DNA of 17,244 nucleotides from Candidatus Thorarchaeota archaeon (GTDB lineage Archaea; Asgardarchaeota; Thorarchaeia; Thorarchaeales; Thorarchaeaceae): NCBI GenBank assembly GCA_046758445.1, contig JBHIAE010000057.1, positions 1 to 17,244 of the forward strand, read 5' to 3'. Shown piece by piece: positions 15,630 to 17,244 of this stretch (position 1 is its first letter; each line of letters starts with the position of its first letter). The notes under the pieces were generated by a model. It saw only the letters and a program-made list of their open reading frames with translations, ran no database searches and was not told where the DNA came from. The position numbers and the translations under genes were made by a program.

Positions 15630-16895
15630 ATGGAAACTCTAGAGAAGGCAGGATTGGCAGTCAATTACAACAAGGTAGCCAGCACAAAACCAGAGAGTCT
15701 TCCGAAGAAGGTCTACATCTGGGACGAAACGCTTCGTGATGGTGAGCAGACCCCTGGGGTAGCGCTCACACTCGATGAGAAGATTGAGATTGCGAAGATG
15801 CTGGATGAGATAGGAGCCTCTATAGTAGTAGTAGGATTCCCTGCTGTGAGTGACCACGAAAGAAAGATTGTGGCCGCAATCGCCAAGGAAGGTTTCAGCA
15901 AGGCGGTGGTTGGAGCCCCTGCCCGAGCCATGATACAGGACATTGACGCATGTATTCAGGCGAATGTCAGTGAGGTTCCGATCTTCATTGCTACCTCAGA
16001 CTTCAGGCTCAAGTATCAGCTCCGAATGTCACGCGCCGAGATGCTTCAGCGGCTCAGTGAGTGCGTGGAGTATGCAAAAGACCATGGGCTTGTTGTTGAC
16101 TACATAGCTGAGGACACAACCCGGAGCAACATGGACTTCCTGTGTGAGGCCTACGAGACTGCCATTGACGCAGGAGCAGATAAGATATGCATCGCTGACA
16201 CCGTCGGGTTCGTGCGCCCAGAGGTAATGAAACACATCGTCAGGGAGGTCAAGTCACGCCTTTGGCAGCGAAAGAAGTACAAGGTTCCGATGGCTGTGCA
16301 TTGCCACAATGACTTCGGCCTTGCCAATGCGAACACCCTCGCTGCTGTAGAGGAGGGAGTGACATACCCTCATGTTTGTGTTAACGGTTACGGAGAGCGG
16401 GCTGGCAACGCTGCGTTCGAAGAGGTCGTTATGACTCTCGATCAGCTCTATGGAGTTGAAACTGGCATTGACACAGAGAGGCTCTATAGACTATCTCGAC
16501 TGGTTGAGAGAAACTTTGTCGTGCCTCTTCCTCTTCACAAGGCTATCTCTGGAGACAATGCGTTTACACATTCGAGTGGGATACATTCTCACGGGCAGCT
16601 CACTCACTCAATGACCTACGAGCCGATCAGCCCGCTCATTGTTGGTCGAAGACGAGAGTTCCACCTTGGTAAGTTCGTTGGTCGCCACTTTGTTGAATAC
16701 CTTCTGAAGATGGGAGGAATCCAAGCGACGACTGAACAGACAAGAGAGATTGCAGAACGTATCAAGACAACTCACGAGGATCTGAAGAAGAGTCAGTCAA
16801 AGGACTCCTTTGACAGGATAAAGAATGAGCTACGAGACCTAAGGACTGGAGTTTCTGAGAGAGAGTTCTGGGCCATCGTGTTCGATGTTGTATGA
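15630..16895 (+). CDS. DRE-TIM metallolyase, 2-isopropylmalate/homocitrate/citramalate synthase family (LeuA/AksA/CimA-like, short form)
   Basis: Motifs DETLRDGEQTPG, AEDTTRS, IADTVG, HCHNDFGLA.AN...AV..G, NGYGERAGNA and NAFTHSSGIH...YEP. ATG 15630 follows GGGTGA; the alternative start is TTG 15615. Confidence 0.92.
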   Translation: METLEKAGLAVNYNKVASTKPESLPKKVYIWDETLRDGEQTPGVALTLDEKIEIAKMLDEIGASIVVVGFPAVSDHERKIVAAIAKEGFSKAVVGAPARAMIQDIDACIQANVSEVPIFIATSDFRLKYQLRMSRAEMLQRLSECVEYAKDHGLVVDYIAEDTTRSNMDFLCEAYETAIDAGADKICIADTVGFVRPEVMKHIVREVKSRLWQRKKYKVPMAVHCHNDFGLANANTLAAVEEGVTYPHVCVNGYGERAGNAAFEEVVMTLDQLYGVETGIDTERLYRLSRLVERNFVVPLPLHKAISGDNAFTHSSGIHSHGQLTHSMTYEPISPLIVGRRREFHLGKFVGRHFVEYLLKMGGIQATTEQTREIAERIKTTHEDLKKSQSKDSFDRIKNELRDLRTGVSEREFWAIVFDVV

Positions 16896-16910
16896 TTGAT
16901 ATGGCTCTTA

Positions 16911-17243
16911 TCACTGGCCCTTCAGCAAGGACTTGGACAGATTCCAGCGCAGATAGACTCCGATATCCATGATGAGAACGCCAAACAGGAACTGAAGTCC
17001 AAAAGCCCATAGATAGATCTGGGGCGGCCACCAAGTTCCATTGAAGTACCAGAAGATTATCTCAAAGATGAGAAAGACCGTAGCGATACCAAGAGAGATG
17101 TAAATCCCTGCCCGAAAGGCGAGGCTGGCGTTGTCCGCTCTGCGAGTAATGGGCCCAAACTCGAGCAACTTGTCAGGGTCGCTCACACCCACAAATCTCT
17201 CTAGGCGATTGGCGTCAATCTTCTGAGCCTCTGCGGTTATGAA
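16911..17243 (-). CDS. Hypothetical membrane protein (5'-partial; two C-terminal TM helices)
   Basis: The frame stays open from GTG 17192 to the window end (FITAEAQKIDANRLERFVGVSD...). Hydrophobic segments AGIYISLGIATVFLIFEIIFWYF and IYLWAFGLQFLFGVLIMDIGVYL. Confidence 0.7.
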   Translation of the reverse strand, partial: FITAEAQKIDANRLERFVGVSDPDKLLEFGPITRRADNASLAFRAGIYISLGIATVFLIFEIIFWYFNGTWWPPQIYLWAFGLQFLFGVLIMDIGVYLRWNLSKSLLKGQ

Positions 17244-17244
17244 T

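Noticed and set aside
1-17244. CRISPR arrays, tRNA/rRNA genes, transposases, integrases or diversity-generating retroelement components
   Set aside because: No regularly spaced DNA repeats, cloverleafs, transposase/integrase/RT motifs or near-identical TR/VR pairs were seen by eye.

Overview
Gene-dense archaeal window, most likely from an Asgard archaeon such as a Thorarchaeota-type genome. This is an inference from the membrane-anchored longin-like proteins, the DUF35/thiolase pair, TTG starts and GGAGGT/GGTGA Shine-Dalgarno sites. The left 7.5 kb holds two tandem, clearly paralogous giant type-I membrane proteins. Each has an N-glycosylation-sequon-rich ectodomain of ~95-100 aa Ig-like beta-sandwich repeats, one TM segment, and a cytoplasmic longin-like domain followed by a winged helix. 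This pair looks like a receptor/signalling or trafficking system and is the most interesting element. The rest of the window encodes: a small acidic protein; a LarA (lactate racemase)-fold protein that appears to have lost essentially all nickel-pincer/catalytic residues; a DedA/VTT membrane protein; a hypothetical protein with a Vps62/NPP1-like motif; a thiolase + DUF35 operon divergent from an acyl-CoA dehydrogenase (followed by a strong hairpin); a nitroreductase; a DUF6125/V4R-like protein with a SHOCT-like tail; a short-form DRE-TIM (homocitrate/isopropylmalate/citramalate synthase family) enzyme; and a truncated membrane protein. No rRNA, tRNA, CRISPR array or mobile element was recognised.
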